Shown: one piece after another, positions 19,790-32,789 of the stretch
How the letters are laid out: every line of letters starts with the position of its first letter
How positions within the stretch are numbered: position 1 is the stretch's first letter
Assembly (NCBI GenBank): GCA_013265495.1
Contig: MU059180.1
Coordinates: 558,992-622,991, forward strand
Length of the DNA: 64,000 bases
Direction of reading: 5' to 3'
Source of the DNA: Vicugna vicugna
Taxonomy: Eukaryota
Position numbers and translations under genes: made by a program
Notes under the pieces: generated by a model
Seen by the model: the letters and a program-made list of their open reading frames with translations, nothing else
Database searches by the model: none
Told to the model about the DNA's origin: nothing

Positions 19790-20592
19790 ATTATTTTTCT
19801 CCTTTACTATAAGCACTCAAGAGAAATCAGGCTGCTTCCTCAACACTTTGCTTAGAAGTTTCTTCAGCCAAATGTCCAATTTCATTCCTCAGAAGTTCTA
19901 CCTTCCACCAAACACTAGGAAAAGAACACAATTCAACCAAGCTCTTTGTCCCTTTAGAACAAAGATCGCCTTTCCTCCAGTTTCCAACAACACATTCTTC
20001 ATCTCCATCTGAGACCTCATCAGAATAAACTTTGCCATCCATATTTCCACCAACAACCTGTTCACTTAGGTATTCTGTGAGAGACTGAGGTTCTCCCTGT
20101 CGCTCTCCTCTTCTGAGCCCTCACAAGAATCACCCTTAACAGTCCATTCACGGCAATGTGGCCTTTCTCTAGCATGCACCTCCAAAGTCTTCCAGCTTCT
20201 GCCCATTGCCCAGTTTTAAAGCTGCTTCCACATTTTTATGCATTTGTTACAGCAGCATCCCAACTTCTCTNNNNNNNNNNNNNNNNNNNNNNNNNNNNNN
20301 NNNNNNNNNNNNNNNNNNNNNNNNNNNNNNNNNNNNNNNNNNNNNNNNNNNNNNNNNNNNNNNNNNNNNNNNNNNNNNNNNNNNNNNNNNNNNNNNNNNN
20401 NNNNNNNNNNNNNGTGAGGGCCGTCTTCCTGGACCCTTTTTTATTAGGCACCAGTCTCATTCTCAGGGCTCCACTTTATGACTTACGCGTCTCCCAAAGG
20501 CCTACCTCCTAATACGATCATCTTTGGAGGTTGGAAAATCGACATGTGAATTTGGGGGGTGGGGGGAGAGTGGGGAGGGCGACACAAACATG
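19790..20592 (-). mobile_element. ERVL-MaLR (MLT1/MST-type) LTR plus adjoining internal sequence, N gap inside
   Basis: LTR signature CTCCCAAAGGCCTACCTCCTAATAC...GACACAAACAT; the reverse complement of 20100-20270 resembles the MaLR-int start (AAAATGTGGAAGCAGCTTTAAAACTGGG...TTTGGAGG). Confidence 0.7.
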
Positions 20593-20607
20593 CTGCTGCA
20601 CATGGTA

Positions 20608-20780
20608 GTAGTTTGATCTTGAGCAAGTGATCTAACCTATCTATGACTCAGTTTCTTCAATTACAAAATGAGGACAAAAACAACACCTACTTCCTGGATG
20701 TGTGATGAGGATTAAATGAGATGTGCAATGCTTAGAAGAGTGCCTACATATGGTGAGTACTCTATAAAACTTAGATATTG
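20608..20780 (+). mobile_element. MIR SINE
   Basis: CTTGAGCAAGTG...CTCAGTTTCTTC...AAAATGAGG...GATTAAATGAG core. Confidence 0.75.
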
Positions 20781-20781
20781 T

Positions 20782-20930
20782 CTTTTCTTTTTTAAGTTTT
20801 AATTTTTTAACTTTTTTTGGGGGGGGTGTTAAGGCTTATTTATTTATTTTAATGGAGGTACTGAGGATTGAACCCAGGACCTCATGCATGCTAACTAAGC
20901 ACACACTCTACCACTAAGCTATAACCTCCC
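20782..20930 (-). mobile_element. Young tRNA-derived SINE (same family as 19369)
   Basis: TTTTAATGGAGGTACTGAGGATTGAACCCAGG...CCACTAAGCTATA (B and A boxes on the minus strand) with a T-rich tail. Confidence 0.9.
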
Positions 20931-21189
20931 ACACATACTGTCATTTTGAAGATCAAATATCTTCCCATTTTCCACTCCTTCCACTATTTTTCACAAATTC
21001 CTCAAAGATTTCCAAGAACATCTCCACAGACCCATTTCTCAATATACTTGATGATCTAGGGTGTGATTTATATAAGCCTGGAATTTAAACTCACTAAACT
21101 AGATAAAGCTTAAACTCATTATAAGAACCTAGGTCCTCTTTAATTTTTTCCTATCTTCTTTTGGCTTGAATTCACTCTTAAATATTAAT

Positions 21190-21620
21190 TCCCAGTGTCT
21201 TGCATAGTGCCTTGCACTTGGAAGGCACTCTAATAAACATGTAGAGGACAAAAGTTTGCTCTACCCATTTCTTCCCAATGATGATATGATTGCTCCCAGC
21301 AACCTAGATCTAATTTTTTTCTTTGTTTTTTCGCTTTTGTTTTTTTGCAAATCTTACGTTTATTCAGCATCCCGGACCGCAGGTTCCCTTCCTCCTCCTC
21401 CTGCCCCCTACAACTCTTTCCATCTAACCAACACTTTTCCTGCTTCATTTCTAAATTCATTTCTAAATTCCCCACAAGCTCATTCCCATGGGTACCTCCC
21501 ATGACTGTCTCTTTATTCATGTATCTCTTTCCAACTAGACTGTAGGCTCCTTGAAGTTAAAGTGAAGTCTTAAGAGTTCTGGGCATCCACCAAGTACTCA
21601 GCATAGAGAACAGTCAACAC
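21190..21620 (+). mobile_element. L2 LINE 3'-end fragments
   Basis: CCCAGTGTCTTGCATAGTGCCTTGCAC...AATAAACATG and ACTAGACTGTAGGCTCCTTGA motifs. Confidence 0.55.
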
Positions 21621-21948
21621 TCCACTAAAACCTCCATGATCGCCATTAGGATTAAGTGTTATTAATTTCCCCAACCTCTTTGCCCTGCTTCCCTTTACTC
21701 AGCATCTTCCTCCCACATTTACGGTTCTATTTCATCCCTCATTCATCCTAAGGGTGCAGTGGGGTGTGTAGAGAGACCAAGGGACCAAGTTTCCTTGGCA
21801 TGGGACCAAGGTCCAAGTGGAAGAAGGGCCTTTTTATGGCCAAGTCTATAGCTTCAGGCCCTGCTGAGGTCCCAGTTTTGAATACATCAAAACTGATGTC
21901 AACAACAAATGTCATGAACAGAAAACTGTAACATTTGTAGACAGGAGG

Positions 21949-22170
21949 GAGTAGTATGGACCTGAATGTACACTCTGTCCAGAGCCAGACAGCCTAGGTT
22001 CAAACCCTTGTTTCAGCATTTACTAGGTCCATAATCTTGAGCAAAATACTTAACCCCTGTGCCTGAGTTTCCTTATCTGTAACATGGGAGTAACAATAAT
22101 ATTTACCTCACAAGTCTATGGAGACGATTAAAAGAGTAAATACTTGAAAAGTGCTTAGATCTGTGCCTGA
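21949..22170 (+). mobile_element. MIR SINE (near full length)
   Basis: CCAGACAGCCTAGGTTCAAACCC...CTTGAGCAAAATACTTAACC...AGTTTCCTTATCTGTAACATGGG. Confidence 0.85.
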
Positions 22171-22293
22171 AGTGTGAAAAAAAAAAAAGCCCCAAAAGTA
22201 TTTGCTATTGTTATCGTTTACTATTATCTGTAAGTGCCACAGAAAATTGGTAACCCCAAGCTCACATAAATTAGAAGTATCTCCTGTGACTAG

Positions 22294-22470
22294 TAATAAT
22301 AATTGTTAGCGGGTATGGAGCACTTCCTAGATGCTCAACTTGCATTATCTCCCTAAATGTTGACAACCTTACGAGAGAGTTGTACTATTATTAACCCTAT
22401 TTTACAATTGAGAAGCACAGAGAGGTTAAGCAATTTTCTCAAGGTCACATAGCCAGCAAGTGGCTAAGGC
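22294..22470 (-). mobile_element. MIR SINE
   Basis: CCCTATTTTACAATTGAGAAGCACAGAGAGGTTAAGCAA...CAAGGTCACATAGC. Confidence 0.8.
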
Positions 22471-22839
22471 ACAATTACTCTATTCGCTTCCTGAATTACT
22501 GTGTCTTGTCAGGAGAGAAGCCTTGTGGGTACAAAGGTAAACAGTCTAGGCCCCATCCTACAGGAAGTTTCAGTTTCCAGAGAAGGGGCGGGGCGGGGGC
22601 GGGAAAGACAAGTAAACAAATTGTTATAACACCGTGTGGTAATTTCTGTAATAGAGGCGCACAACAAAAAGTGCTACCGATCTCAGACACTGGGACAAGA
22701 TAAGTACTGAGAGCTTAAGGATACAAAGGAAAAACATGGCAGTTACAGAATAAGCAGTTGCCCTTTGACAAACGTGTCCTGTAACAAATGGGTTACACGG
22801 AAAGGACTAAACAAAGCATAGTTAAAAGTGGCGGCTGAG

Positions 22840-23900
22840 CGCCGTAAGAGCCCGTGTGACTAGAGCTGGTAGGACCGGAAAGGGGTTAAGGCGGGTAGGT
22901 GGGCGGGGCGAGCGCGTTGATTGGCAGGGGTGGGGCAAGACTTGTCACCCGCCCCCTCCCTCCGCCCCGGCTCCTCCAACCCCTGGGCTGGCCTGGGGTA
23001 CCGCCTGGGCAAGGGCCGGGGAGCTGGGCTGAGTCGCCAGTCCCCCTCCCCGCTCCCCTGCCGCATTCCGCGGGCTGGACGCGCTGGAGAAGTTGAGCTG
23101 CGCCCGGGCCGGCCCTGGGGGCTGACAGTCGGCAAAGTTTGGCCCAAAGAGGAAGTGGCCTCAAGCCTCGGCAGGTGGCGGACAGGCCTGGACCGGATCG
23201 CTCGCGGCCTGCGGGCGGGCTCTAGGCGAGGGCGCACCCCAGCGCGGGGCCTCGAGCCGACTCCCAGGGCTTTGGGGGCCAGCCTCGGGAGAGAGCGCGG
23301 CGGCGGCCGGAGAAAACAACTCTGAAGTTGGCGAGAGGCACCGCCCCTGCTCCCGGGACGCCGCCACCTCCCACTCGCCCCCAGCCCTGGCATCCAGAGC
23401 TTCGGTCGAGGAGCCCGGGCCATGGAGCCCCCTAGGGGAGGCGGCACTCGGGGGCCTGGACGCCCGGAGCGGCGCTGCCTCCCCACTGGCTAGACGACCG
23501 AAGCTCTGGGACTCTTCCCGCACCTCTGGACGGCTCACGATGCTGCCGGCCTTCCTCCTCTTACTCCTGGGTAAGAAACCGAAACGAGACTACTCGCCCG
23601 GCACCCCGCTCCCGGGGCTGTTACCGGGCCTAGGGGCTCTAGCTCCCTTCTTCCTACGCGGCCCCTCACCCTACCGTGTCTGCCCGTGTCCCCCACCCCC
23701 TGCCACTGCCCCCGGCCCTGCCTGCCCCAACCCCTCGGAAATTTCCACCCGCTTCCCTCAGCCCTCATCCTCCCTCTGGCCTCCGCAGATCACTGTACCC
23801 ACCCCAACAGGCCGTGCTGCCGACTTTCCTTCGAGGTCACACACCGCTGCCTTCCTCTGCTCCCCACCACCCCTTCCGTAAACTACCCGGAAGTCTCAGC
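22840..23900. promoter_or_regulatory. LRP10 CpG-island promoter with GC boxes and an inverted CCAAT
   Basis: High CpG density; GGGCGGGG and GATTGG near 22900-22925. Confidence 0.8.
23422..23493 (+). other. Upstream ORF (23 aa) in LRP10 5' UTR
   Basis: gccATGg...TAG encoding MEPPRGGGTRGPGRPERRCLPTG*, ending 46 nt before the LRP10 ATG. Assumes the TSS lies upstream. Confidence 0.6.
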
Positions 23901-26900
23901 TCCCTTTCCTCCTTGAGTTGCTCAGGTGAAGAAAATTCCAAAGCGTGACTCTTGCCCTTTCTCGCTCTTCCTCTAGGAGGCGCTCTGGCCCACCCAGATC
24001 GGATCATTTTCCCAAATCCTGGTGAGTCGAGGATGCCCCTGGGGTCTCACGGGCTTGGTAATGAGGGAGGACCCAAGGGGAAGACTCTCTCGTCCTTGAA
24101 TTCTTCTGGTACCATAGTTTTAGAGTGGAGATCATCCACCCTTTATTTTACAGATGGGGAAACAGCCAGCAGGAGCCCTCTCCTGGTAGTTATGTTCAAC
24201 AACCGCCCCCCACCCAAATATCCTTGCTTGATCTGTCTAGCCAAAATGTAGTCTCCTTGAGGGAAGAAGCAGTATTTCCTGTTCCTCTTGGCCTAGTGAC
24301 TGGCACAAAGCAGACCTCATATTGTTTGTGGTGTTGATACTTCAGGTGGAACTATGATGAGTGTGGAGAGGAGGGGGCCCATTGAAGATTGTGCCTCTAG
24401 AGTGTGTGTGGCTGGGGCAGGGGAGCTTCTCTGCTCCTTCTGGAAGAGTCCAATCCCTTGGAGGCCTCAAGCCTGAGGAAGGGTGGGATGGTTAAGAGGC
24501 TGTCGACCAGTGTCCCTACCTTCCTCTCTCTCCAGCCTGTGAGGACCCCCCGGCGGTGCTCTTGGAAGTGCAGGGCACCTTACAGAGGCCAGTGGGCCGG
24601 GACAGCCGCAGCTCCCCTGCCAACTGCACCTGGCTCATCCTGGGCAGCAAGGAGCAGACTGTAACAGTCAGGTGAGAAGAAGGGCAAGACCCTATTCCTT
24701 TGCCGCACGCCGCCTCCTCTGCCATGGAAAAGCCTTCAGGGATCACTGCTCCCTGGAATTTCCATTCCTGTCAACAGGGGGAAGAGTAGAATTAGATTTG
24801 GCCTAGTCTGCCCTAACAGCCTGGCTTATTCTGGACCAGACACAGTGAATTGGGGCTGGGCTGGAGTGGACATCTAGCTCGGGTCCTGTCATCCCTGAAG
24901 GACGATAGTCACTCTAGAAACAGTCCTTGGGCTCGAATGTGGCTGTCCTGAGAGGTCCTTCAATCCATTACACATCCTTACCTGGCAGTCAGAGCTGTTC
25001 CTTCATTAGCTTAGAACCTTCCTCAGCCTCCCCAGATCTTTTAAACAGTCTAGGTCTCACTGGGCCCCTCTGACGTTGGGCTGTGGGGTTGTGGCCCATG
25101 TTAAGTACCTGGCTGTTTGCTTCACACAGTTCACTTCCCATGAGTTTACCCAGAAAAGGGTAGGAGAAGGGAGAGGGCAATCTGGGGAGAGGTTGTTGGG
25201 GCGGAGGGATCAGACTGCCATGGTGATCTCAGGTTTCACCACTGGGCACTGGGAGGGGATGGTGAGTTCTGGCTAATTAACTGTACGGTACCTGCCGGTC
25301 ACTGCTCACACCATACTTGGGTGACAGAGCTGCAACACCAGGAAAGCAATAAATCTGTCCTGACTCAGTCCGGAACACAAATCAGTTTTCCCCAAAGGTT
25401 CTAGGATGTACTTGTGGTCTCATGGTGCCGTAGGCCTCTGTTAGGGCTATTGCCATTGCTTACAAAGGAATTGGACTGTTTTCATTTGGCTGTCTGGCTT
25501 GTGGATAAGCAGGTGTTTGTGCTTCCTGGGGTAGAAGGGGCCTGACAACACTGTGGGGGGGGAGGCGCTGGCAGTGGTCAAGAATATCTTACTTCCTGCT
25601 CTCTTCCACCCCTGTAGGTTCCAAAAACTGCACCTGGCCTGTGGCTCAGAGCGCTTAATTCTGCGCTCCCCCATCCAGCCACAGATCTCTCTATGCGAGG
25701 CCCCTGCCAGCCCCCTGCAGCTGCCTGGAGGCAACGTCACCATCACCTACAGCTATGCCGGGGCCAGAGCACCCATGGGCCAGGGCTTCTTGCTCTCCTA
25801 CAGCCAAGGTAGGCTGGACAAGGCTGTCCGTGGGATGTTAGAACAGGCAGTGGAAGCCCCAGGGAGGAGGGGAGGATCCCGCCAGCTCCAGTGCTTCACA
25901 GCCCCTCTCCATGGTGCCTCTGCAGATTGGCTGATGTGCCTGCAGGATGAGTTCCAGTGCCTCAACCACCGCTGTGTGCCCTTCATCCAGCGCTGCGATG
26001 GGATTGATGACTGTGGCGATGGCTCTGATGAGGCAGGTTGCAGCTCAGACCCCTTCCCTGACCTGACCTCAGTCCCTGACCCCACCCCACCCTGCAATCA
26101 CACCTTGGAAGACTTCTATGGGGTCTTCTCCTCCCTCGGGTACTCGCACCTGGCCTCAGTCTCCCACCCCCAGTCCTGCCTCTGGCTGTTGGACCCCCAT
26201 GACGGCCGGCGCCTGGCAGTGCGCTTCACGGCCCTAGACCTGGGCTATGGAGATGCAGTGCACGTGTATGATGGCGCCGGGCCCCCCAAGACCCTCCGGC
26301 TGCTGCGCAGCCTCACCCACTTCAGCAACGGTAAGGCTGTCACTGTGGAGACGCTGTCCGGCCAGGCCACCGTCGACTACCACACAGTTGCTTGGAGCAG
26401 TGGTCGGGGCTTCAATGCCACCTACCATGTGCGGGGCTACTGCTTGCCTTGGGACCGACCCTGCGGCCTAGGCTCTGGCTTGGGGGCTAGTGAGGGCCTA
26501 GGTGAGCGCTGCTACAGCGAGGCTCAGCGCTGCGACGGCTCGTGGGACTGTGCGGATGGCACGGATGAGGAGAACTGCCCCAGCTGCCCGCCTGGACACT
26601 ACCCCTGTGGGGCCGCCGGCAGCCCCGGCGCCACAGCCTGCTACCTGCCTGCTGACCGCTGCAACTACCAGACCTTCTGTGCTGACGGAGCGGACGAGAG
26701 ACGCTGTCGGCACTGCCAGCCCGGGAACTTCCGATGCCGGGATGAGAAGTGCGTGTACGAGACTTGGGTGTGTGACGGGCAGCCAGACTGTGCGGACGGC
26801 AGCGATGAGTGGGACTGCTCCTATGCCCTGCCCCGCAAGGTCATCACCGCCGCAGTCATCGGCAGCCTGGTGTGTGGCTTGCTGCTGGTCATTGCCCTGG

Positions 26901-28118
26901 GCTGCACCTGCAAGCTCTATGCCATTCGCACCCAGGAGTACAGGTCAGTGGGAGTGCAGCTGGCTGTGGCGGAGTGGGGACCCAGGGCAAGAAGGCCTGT
27001 GCAGCCACAGGAGACCTGAGGGTGCCCACGCTGGGGACAGGTTCCAGTGACCAGCTTATGGGTTGGCTCCTGGTGTTGTCGGGCTTGGGGGCAGGGGTGC
27101 TTCACCAAGGGAGGGACAGGTCTAGATCCTGAAAGCAATCTCAAGGAAGGTGGGGGACCTCAGACTCTGGGAAGTCCTGGTCTGGGTATGGAGCGAAGAG
27201 GCCTGTCCATGCTGAGACAGGCGGCTCTGGCCGGAAGCACCTGTGACTGAGCAGCCCTCATCCCTTCCAGCATCTTCGCCCCCCTCTCCCGGATGGAGGC
27301 TGAGATTGTGCAGCAGCAGGCGCCCCCCTCATATGGACAGCTCATTGCCCAGGGTGCCATCCCACCTGTAGAGGACTTCCCTACAGAGAACCCTAATGAT
27401 GTAAGTCATCCTCCCCAACCTGACCACCTCCCGCTCCCAGCCCCCTGTGGTCCTGCCGCTGCACCCTCCTTTCAGGCTTCTGGCCGTCCCGACCCCCTTT
27501 GACCCCACTGTCTTCCTCCTCTCCTTGCAGAACTCAGTGTTGGGCAACCTGCGTTCTCTGCTACAGATCTTACGCCAGGACATGACTCCAGGGGGTGCCC
27601 CAGGTGCCCGCCGCCGCCAGCGGGGCCGCTCTATGCGCCGCCTGGTGCGCCGTCTCCGCCGCTGGGGCCTGCTTCCTCGGACCAACCCCCCAGCCCGGAC
27701 TCCTGAGACCAGATCTCAGGTCACACCTTCTGCTGCTTCCCTCGAGACCGTAGACGGCAGCACGGGTCCAGCCCGTGAGGGTGGAGCGGTGGGTGGGCAG
27801 GATGGGGAACAGGCACCCCCGCTGCCTGTCAAGGCTCCACTGCCACCTGCCAGCACGTCTCCAGCCTTCCCTACTGTCCCCGAGGCCCCGGCACCACTGC
27901 CCGTGGCACCCCTGGAGCCATCACTGCTGTCTGGAGTGGTGCAGGCCCTGCGAGGCCGCCTCCTGCCCAGCCTGCGGCCCCCAGGACCAACCCGGACCCC
28001 ACCCGGACCCCACACGACAGTCCTGTCCCCAGAGGATGAGGACGATGTGCTGTTGGTGCCACTGGCTGAGCCAGGGGTCTGGGTGGTCGAAGCGGAGGAT
28101 GAGCCACTGCTTGCCTGA
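23540..28118 (+). CDS. LRP10: LDL receptor-related protein 10, 7 exons, 712 aa
   Basis: Exons 23540-23570, 23977-24021, 24536-24671, 25618-25808, 25926-26943, 27271-27400, 27531-28118 (2139 nt). Signal peptide, two CUB domains, LDLa repeats (CDG..DC.DGSDE), TM helix, PPSYGQL, two acidic DxxLL motifs (DDVLL, DEPLL). Confidence 0.97.
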
Positions 28119-28622
28119 GGTGACCCGGCTTCCCTGGGGGCTCTATTCACAGTGACAACCCTTTAGAGAGCAGATCAGCTTCCCTTCCACTACTTCCCTC
28201 CTGTCCCTCAGTCTGAGGGCACTTGATGGGCCTCCCACTGATCCCATGTAGCTACTGTAAAGTTAGGTGTCCCTCAGGCAGGGAGAGGGGTCACACAGAG
28301 CCCCCTCTGTGCACGCCAGAGACCACAGCCCACCGCCACCCCCACCCCACACCACCACCACTTGGGTGGCTGTTTTTAAAAAGTAAAGTTCTTAAAGGGT
28401 CATAGGCCTGGATACTCCATCCTTGCCAAAGCCCCATCCAAAAGTGGCCTTAAGCACCAGGATGCCAACTGGCTGGAGACGTCCAGCTTCCAAGGGGAGG
28501 ATTTGGGCAGGGTCTGAGGTTTTGCCAACGGTAATCCCGTCTACAAGTCCTGGCTCATAAAAAGAGCACAACAAATGCTTTTATTCCATAGCTAAATCAT
28601 TGCCCAGGAAGCCAAGGTTGAA

Positions 28623-28628
28623 AATAAA
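28623..28628 (+). terminator. LRP10 polyadenylation signal
   Basis: AATAAA ~500 nt after the stop; a weaker AGTAAA lies at 28382-28387. Confidence 0.7.
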
Positions 28629-31600
28629 GGAATCAGAAATTTAAGATTTTTGTAAATGAGCTGTGAGCCTGAGTCCTGCCTCTCTACCCATCTCAGCTTA
28701 TGCTCCCCTCACCTTGCTCCTCCCTGTGAAGGCCTTGGTTCTGCCCTCCACCTCCTGTCCTCTTCCTGCTTATCGTCCAACCACCCTGCCCTGGTGGGGC
28801 ACTCAGAGGGTGAAAAAATTCTAGGAACCTAAGACTAACCCTCTCTACCTCCACTCACTGCCTGGGGCCCAGCTCTACAGTGACTGACCCCGGGGCTGAG
28901 CACTAAGCCTTTGCCCTCACTGCCAGGCAGGAATTTGTGAGCCAGCTGGGCACTGCAGCTGGGAAGCTTCCCATTTACAGAGTATTCGCAGAGCACATGT
29001 CACAGAAGTGGGCTGTCCCTGATGGAACGCAGGAGCCATGACTCCTGCCCTTCATCCTCCACCCCACCATGCGTTTTCAGTCTGTCCTAGGCAAGACAGA
29101 TGAACTCTCAGCCAGGATGCCTCAAAGCGGCAAAGATGTGTCCAGAGAAAATGCATAAACATTCAGGGTGTAAAGACGCTAGCATCACCCTGGCCAAATC
29201 CAAGAAGTCCTCCTGGAAGAGAGCCCAAACTGGACCTTAAAGAATGCTGTCCGAGGTGGAATAGAATTGTGAATTGTAGGCAGGGTGAGAGTTCACGGGA
29301 TAAGTAAACTAAGCAGACAGTGACGGCTAGAGCTGTAGGAGGGACCTGGGCTTCCTGAGAAGGGGCCAGGTGTGTAAGCAGCGGCCAGAGCCGAAGAACG
29401 GGAGAGGGTGATGGAAGAGGAGGGAATGATCTCTGGGAAATGCTGGGACCCAGCCTCTGGTAAGGACAGTAACCGTTGTCCCGGAGTTTAAAAGGAAAAT
29501 CAGAAAAACAAACAAAAATGAAATAAAGGAAAATCAGTCAAGACAAAGAATTTAGAAAAAGTCCAGAGGGTGGGTGTGCCCCCAAGAACAGCACTGAGCC
29601 ATTCCCTTACAGAACCAGTCCCCAGAGAAGCGGGTTCCCCCTTACGCTCGCCCTTACCTTTCCTGCCTAGCCTGGCCTGTCCCTGCCCCCCTGGTGGAGG
29701 GGCCCTGTGGATTACACCCTGTCAACATCCTCACGCCAGCACTAATTGCGTGTTTCCTCTCCCAGTGAGGAAGAGCCTAGGGAAATGGTAGAGAGGGGAT
29801 CCGGGGCAGTCCTGGGACACTGGCATCTTGGCTCCGGGAAGACTCAAGCTCCTTTCATTCCACACCCTCTCCAGAGATTGGGGAAGGGGCTCCAGAGGTC
29901 TTCATCCTTGCTGGCTGTTCTCCCTTTGGACCTGCCTTCCACGGTGTAAACAATCCCTGGGTCCCACTAGTGTCAGGCCCAGTGAGAACAGTGAAGCAGG
30001 GAATGTTGATTTCCTCTCCTGTGTCCTCCACCACCTCCCCTCCTGTGCTCCTCTCTTCTACCTCACATCCTCATCCCTTGTCCTGCTCCAGACCTTTCAC
30101 CTCCCAGGGGTATTTGGAATTTGAAAGTGGACAAAGATTTAAGGTAAAAGAATGCCCCTCATGGTGGAATGCTTCAGAATGCTGGAGGGAGGACTTGAGG
30201 GAAGAGTTCACTAGGGAGGCCTGTGCACATAGGTTCATGGGCCTGAAAGACGCTCACCCGGGTGCTGGGTCATGCTCCAGGAGGTACAAGCAGTAACACT
30301 ATGTCAGCCTCAGTGAAGCCCCAGGTTGGCGGGGAGAGGGGACTGACCTTGTACAGGCAGAATGGAGAAACTCAGAGGGTCCCACCTAGGCAAGGGTGGA
30401 GCATTGTGGAGCTGTCACCCAAGTTTATATTCACCATGGAAAATGAAATGAGATGACTTCAAATCAGGATAGACACCACTATCCAAGGTGCCCAGTATCA
30501 GGGGTGTGGAACTCCTGTCAAGTCCCTTGATGGGGAGGAAGGAGGCGATCTCACTTATGAGATGGGAATCAAGCTGCAATCTGCGATAATCTGAGCAGAT
30601 ACCAGAAGTCAGTCCTTAAGGAGCAGAATCTGGGCCTGCTCCAAGCTCCAAGCCACCCTGGGAGAAGAGGGGGACCCCTAGTCACATGGCCTGAGGCTGT
30701 TGGAGCACCCAGTGGTCAGGCAACCTGTTGAGTGCCAGACCCTTTACCTCACAAGACTGTGCCATGGGCATCACGGCCCCAATTCACAGGCTCAGGAGCA
30801 GCTTCGGAGGAATTATGAGACTGGCCCAGTCTCTACTGAGAGGCAGAATTAAACCTGGATCACCTCGGTTCCAAATCTCACCCTATCCCATTTTTCCACA
30901 GGACCTCCCATTCCTGAGGGAGCCTGGATGTGGGCAAGTTCACAGCGTCTTATCAGTGGAAAGAGACCTGGTGGTTCAGGGTGAAACCCAGCCTGCTTCT
31001 TTGGCCTAAGGCTGGATTGAGGGCAGGCTGAAGTCACGGTCAAGAATCCTCGCTGGGGTCTGCAGCACACCTGACACTTACCTGGTACCCTAGAAAGGAA
31101 TCCTACCCCCTAAATAAGTATTCCAGACACACAAAGTTCACTCCTTTACAACTTAAGACTTTAAAAACTCATTTTGGAAGGAAGTCAAACCTAACACTCA
31201 TCTTTAGCACATCTGCAATAAAATATTAATCTTTCTGGATAGCTGAGGGTCATTCATAGAAACCAATGACTTCTTTACAGCAGTGTTTTCAGAAGCTGTA
31301 ACAGTGTCAGGGAAGCTATATGTCTTAATACCAGATGACCTTAGACCACTTTTTAAATGCTTATGACTGCTTTGAAAGTCTTCTGTGATGTTGTTGCCTC
31401 CTTGCTGTTGGGCTATCAGTGGTCACTCGCTGCTGTAAGTGGGCTTCTAATCTTTGAGCACAGGAACACACATGGACACATTAAAACTGTGAATAAAGTA
31501 AGGACAAGTGGGCTGTGACTGAGGACTAGAGAGCCTGTCCAATGTGTGAAGTGCATGAGGATTGTAGCTGTTTAAGAGTTCTTTCTGCTCCTTCTAGACC

Positions 31601-32789
31601 CCACAATGCTGCCCTGCAGCTGGACCTCCAGATAAGCGAAGTGTCACTGCACAAGTGATCCCAAGATCACTATTTGCTTCTTTGATTGGAAAAGCCCACT
31701 GAAAATCGAAATATGTTCTCAATAATAGGATACAGTTGGAATATTTAAGACAAGGAAGGCAGCATAGCATAGAATGCTTAGCATTGGAATGCTCTGGGTG
31801 GGAATCCTGGTGTCCCCATTTTCCAGCTGCATGATTGATTTGGGGCACAGGCCACCCACCTGTCACTCTGAGCATCAGGGTCATGAGGATGAAAGGAGAT
31901 AATGCAGGAAGGTGCGTAGCACAGCACCTGGCAAAAATGGAGCGAGAAGGGGCCAGGAAATCAGAAATGTGTGTGTGGATGCTTGGGGGTGTCAGGAAGG
32001 AAGACAAATGGGAGCCTGAAGCAAAAGGGACGAGGCAGAAAAGGAGCAGTAAAGAAGCCCAGACATCCTACCTTCCCACTAAGGCATAGGCATCGTCTTG
32101 TGTCTGCCCTGTGCAGCCCAGGAGGCCCGGGGCAGCCCCAGAGAGCACTGAGAGTGGGGCTGGTGCCCCCTGGGATTGGGAACATCTTCTAGAGGGCTAG
32201 TTGTCTCTCCCCTTTTTCCTGCTCTGATTAACACAAGGTGGGTGGGCCTGGCAGGGAGGGAGATGGGGAGAAAGTCCCCACAGTGGTTTGTACCCACCAG
32301 AACCTATTAAAAGAATGAAGCTGCCCAAACAAAGCAGCCATCACTCCTGTCTCCCTAGGGGCCGGGGAAATGGGGACTTTCGTGGGTCTTAGCCCAGAAG
32401 GGGTAGTACTGGGAAGAAGGTAGTAGGGAAGCTTGGTGGTGGGCAGGGTGGCTGTCCTCCTGTCCCTGCATCTCTTTTGGTTTCTGCCTCTAGCCCTTCC
32501 ATTTAGCCACAGAGCACCCAGTCTGGGCTGGACACTGGGCTGGAGGGCTGGGATGCAGAGACAAATGACACAGTCCTAGCTCCTGGAGAAAGACCGCCCA
32601 GGCCCTGGGTCCTGGCCTCCTGCCATCCTCAGCTCCCTTATCCACTGACCCCTCACCCCACTTCTTTGAACCCATCTCTTCTGCCCTTCTGACTTTGTTC
32701 TGTTCATGTCTTAAGCAGACTCCACAGTGTGTGTGCTCCCAGAGGAAAGCGACACAAAGGAAGGGGGTGCAGAAAGGAGGGAATCCCGC

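Noticed and set aside
22860-23881. Long ORFs on both strands in the LRP10 CpG island
   Set aside because: GC-content artefacts with no recognisable domain.
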